Shown: one piece after another, positions 36,652 to 38,466 of the stretch
Layout of the letters: every line of letters starts with the position of its first letter
Position numbering within the stretch: position 1 is the stretch's first letter
Source of the DNA: a virus
Lineage: Duplodnaviria; Caudoviricetes
Direction: 5' to 3' (one strand)
DNA: 38,466 nucleotides
IMG/VR virus record: IMGVR_UViG_3300020294_000011
Span: 1 to 38,466 of that record
Notes under the pieces: model-generated
Told to the model about the DNA's origin: nothing
The model's database searches: none
What the model saw: the letters and a program-made list of their open reading frames with translations, nothing else
Position numbers and translations under genes: made by a program

Positions 36652-37083
36652 ATCGACCCCATCACAATCGCAATCGGTGCGTTCAAGGTTGCTAAAAAAT
36701 CCATAGAGATGTCGAAAGACGCTCAGTCTGTTGGACGTGACCTCGCTCGCGTCTGGTCTGCTATCGACGACGTTAAGTCTGACGCCAAAAAGAAAACTGG
36801 TGGCAGCGCTATGGAAAAATTTGTGGCCCTCAAGCAAGCCGAGGACATGGAATCCAACCTAGTCGCAATAATTCGTCAGACCCGTGGAGAAACGGGGTTA
36901 AGACAGTTCATGGCTCTCCGTAAGGAAGAGAAGAAAGCAATGGAAGCCAGTGCCATAGAAGCGAGGAAACGCCTGCGTAAATACGCAGACGCCCTCACTT
37001 ATGGTGTAGGTATTCTAATTTTTATTGGGGGGACTACAGGGATGATCTATCTTGCCTGGCTTGTCCGTGAAGGCAAAATTTAG
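36652..37083 (+). CDS. Membrane-anchored coiled-coil phage protein; probable non-AUG (ATC) start
   Basis: In-frame IDPITIAIGAFKVAKKSIE precedes the first ATG at 36709. GAGGT RBS 7 nt before ATC. C-terminal TM helix. Confidence 0.6.
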   Translation: MDPITIAIGAFKVAKKSIEMSKDAQSVGRDLARVWSAIDDVKSDAKKKTGGSAMEKFVALKQAEDMESNLVAIIRQTRGETGLRQFMALRKEEKKAMEASAIEARKRLRKYADALTYGVGILIFIGGTTGMIYLAWLVREGKI

Positions 37084-37325
37084 ATCACGCCCCAATGTTT
37101 CAAATAGTCCTTGGCTTTATCGCCTGCTGTCCATCCGTTCTTCCAGTCATGCTTAACAATCTGACAGTGCTTTAGCCACTTACAGTGGGGACTTATCTGA
37201 CCGCTTGTCTTTCCGATCTGCTCACTAATGTCAGCCAATCTTATTTTCTCCCACCTCTCCTTCTTGCTCTGCATCCACATGATTGTGAGTGCTATCTTCA
37301 TTTCTATTTCCTTCAGCCTGTGCAT
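37080..37325 (-). CDS. Winged-HTH DNA-binding protein
   Basis: IRLADISEQIGKTSGQISPHCKWL...IV.H....W pattern. GAGGTGG RBS. Confidence 0.6.
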   Translation of the reverse strand: MHRLKEIEMKIALTIMWMQSKKERWEKIRLADISEQIGKTSGQISPHCKWLKHCQIVKHDWKNGWTAGDKAKDYLKHWGVI

Positions 37326-37518
37326 CTTGATTCCACCTCATTACATTATTCATTATCCATTTCGTTGAGTGGCACGATGCCGTGAGATTTGAAATAATCT
37401 CAGCGACACCCTCCCGATTTTCCACGTTGGAATTAAATCCTATCTCAACTCCAACGAGCTTGTCGTCTTCCACCATTGCGTATAGGCTTCCGACGTTTAC
37501 AGCTTTCTTACCCATCAA
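37231..37518 (-). CDS. Hypothetical protein
   Basis: Coupled to the upstream ORF with AAGG RBS. Confidence 0.5.
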   Translation of the reverse strand: MMGKKAVNVGSLYAMVEDDKLVGVEIGFNSNVENREGVAEIISNLTASCHSTKWIMNNVMRWNQDAQAEGNRNEDSTHNHVDAEQEGEVGENKIG

Positions 37519-37715
37519 TGAACCTTGCCTCGGTTGTACTTATCCATGAGCCTCTGGGCTTTATGGGCTGACTGTCTTGCCTCTTGAAGGACATCAATCA
37601 AGTCATTAAAGTATACCTTCGTCGTCTGGTTTTTATCTTCAACCTCTTTACTCACGACATCTATTAGCTTGGCGCATAGCTTATCTACCTCATTGGCAAA
37701 ATCTGTACTGCCCAT
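37515..37715 (-). CDS. Hypothetical helical protein
   Basis: Part of the - strand cluster, with a GGGTGG RBS. Confidence 0.55.
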   Translation of the reverse strand: MGSTDFANEVDKLCAKLIDVVSKEVEDKNQTTKVYFNDLIDVLQEARQSAHKAQRLMDKYNRGKVH

Positions 37716-37941
37716 CTACTACCACCCTTCTCTTTTGGCCCTTCCAAAAACTTAGCTGGCTTTGCAAAGTTCCGAGGGTTTCTTGTGAATGTGGAGGACC
37801 AACTGGAAGTCTGGGAGTAAAAATACCAGAGCCCCACTCTGTCCATTCTTGACTGACTCGATATCCCTTGGACACCATGCGTTTTATTCCTATACTATTG
37901 TAATGAAAAGCCTTCATAAAATGGCCTATATAAATCTTCAT
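37690..37941 (-). CDS. Hypothetical protein, first gene of the - strand cluster next to attP
   Basis: Strong AAGGAGG RBS (37950-56). Confidence 0.6.
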   Translation of the reverse strand: MKIYIGHFMKAFHYNSIGIKRMVSKGYRVSQEWTEWGSGIFTPRLPVGPPHSQETLGTLQSQLSFWKGQKRRVVVDGQYRFCQ

Positions 37942-38115
37942 CTGTATTTCCTCCTTGAAAAGTTGTTATATAGTTTAGTTCTTAGTGTATCCTCTTTAAC
38001 GCTAAAGAGCAACTACACCACTTTTTCTAGTGTCCCGTGGGACACATCTGGTAAACGGGGACACCTACACCACAACTGCTTGTGTCTTTGGGTGTCTTTT
38101 TGGGGTGTATTTACA

Positions 38116-38466
38116 TCATTTGGCGCCTCCTTTATCCTTGGTAAGGAACCTTAACGTCTCCTTGTCAACAGAATTTGATGTGTTAATGTGGTTCTTCTTG
38201 TGCTGGCGTAGCTCAGTGGTAGAGCGTTGCTTTGGTAAAGCAGAGGTCGAAAGTTCAATTCTTTCCGTCAGCACCACATTTTCGTGGGACAGATTTGGGA
38301 CAGATGTATCCGAGGACACATCCAAGCGTTCGATAACACTCTTTAACCCACTCGGCGCAAGGTGTGCATAACGCCTCACCATCTCCATACTGGCATGCCC
38401 TAGCAAGTCTTGGATCTCATCAAGCCCTGCCCCACTCTGCCGTAGTAGAGAAGCAAAAGTATGCCT
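38116..38466 (-). CDS. int: Tyrosine integrase, C-terminal part (5' end beyond the window)
   Basis: Reading in from the window edge gives RHTFASLLRQSGAGLDEIQDLLGHASMEMVRRYAHL (box II R, H and catalytic Y). The frame stays open to 38116. Confidence 0.92.
   Translation of the reverse strand, partial: RHTFASLLRQSGAGLDEIQDLLGHASMEMVRRYAHLAPSGLKSVIERLDVSSDTSVPNLSHENVVLTERIELSTSALPKQRSTTELRQHKKNHINTSNSVDKETLRFLTKDKGGAK
38162..38189 (+). promoter_or_regulatory. sigma70-like promoter for the tRNA (TTGTCA-N16-TAATGT with TGn extension)
   Basis: Predicted start is a few nt upstream of tRNA base 1. Confidence 0.45.
38202..38276 (+). tRNA. tRNA-Thr(GGT), complete with encoded CCA
   Basis: Acceptor GCTGGCG/CGTCAGC, D arm GCTC/GAGC, anticodon arm TTGCT-TTGGTAA-AGCAG, T arm GAAAG-TTCAATT-CTTTC, 3' ACCA. 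Confidence 0.95.

Larger units (their letters stand above)
38030..38321. repeat. Putative integrase arm-type sites, consensus TGGGACA(C/G)AT, flanking the tRNA
   Basis: Left: GTGTCCC-GT-GGGACAC (38030-45, includes TGGGACACAT at 38038-47) and GGGACAC at 38058-64. Right: TGGGACAGAT at 38285-94 and 38296-305, GAGGACACAT at 38312-21. Confidence 0.6.
1..38466. mobile_element. Temperate tailed (podovirus-like) bacteriophage genome segment, apparently the free/attP form
   Basis: Capsid, scaffold, tail, internal virion, lysis, Sak4 recombination, prim-pol and integrase genes. No host housekeeping genes. Phage genes lie on both sides of the tRNA. Confidence 0.93.

Noticed and set aside
38202-38276. 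Host chromosomal tRNA marking a prophage boundary
   Set aside because: Sequence on both sides is phage-like and arm-type repeats occur on both sides, which fits attP better. A tandem element cannot be fully excluded.
752-38371. Many antisense or alternate-frame ORFs in the track (e.g. 18793-19227, 21642-22076, 24712-25152, 30696-31103, 35539-35823, 37789-38154, 38030-38371)
   Set aside because: They are shadows of well-supported genes, with no RBS or recognisable motifs.

Overview
The whole window reads as part of a temperate tailed phage genome with a podovirus-like gene set. The host is probably a marine alphaproteobacterium, which is an inference from the GTA-type 3-TM holin, the SleB hydrolase and the LamG-rich fibre. 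The + strand virion operon contains a LamG-repeat fibre, scaffold, an inserted SleB hydrolase plus PD-(D/E)XK nuclease, a DUF5309/SU10-type major capsid protein, adaptor, nozzle, a second fibre, three internal virion proteins, a 3186-aa polyvalent protein (zincin + ADP-ribosyltransferase motifs) and a lysis cassette. It is followed by a - strand Sak4/SSB/Cas4-like recombination operon, a divergent Cro-like gene and primase-helicase, an HTH-Zn regulator, an N6-adenine MTase, a resolvase and small genes. The window ends in a tyrosine integrase whose 3' end reads through a complete antisense tRNA-Thr(GGT) flanked by arm-type repeats (an intragenic attP). Terminase, portal and an obvious CI repressor are not in the window. 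The most interesting signals are non-coding: (i) a recurring GGACGA-N19/20-YANNNT promoter-like motif, with -10 boxes at or inside RNA hairpins including a terminator and an RBS-occluding stem; (ii) a covarying C.C-mismatch YACG-tetraloop hairpin shared by the scaffold and capsid leaders; (iii) a pseudoknotted, switch-like RNA in the recombination operon; (iv) the tRNA-in-integrase attP. All family assignments come from recognising motifs by eye; no searches or folding programs were run.
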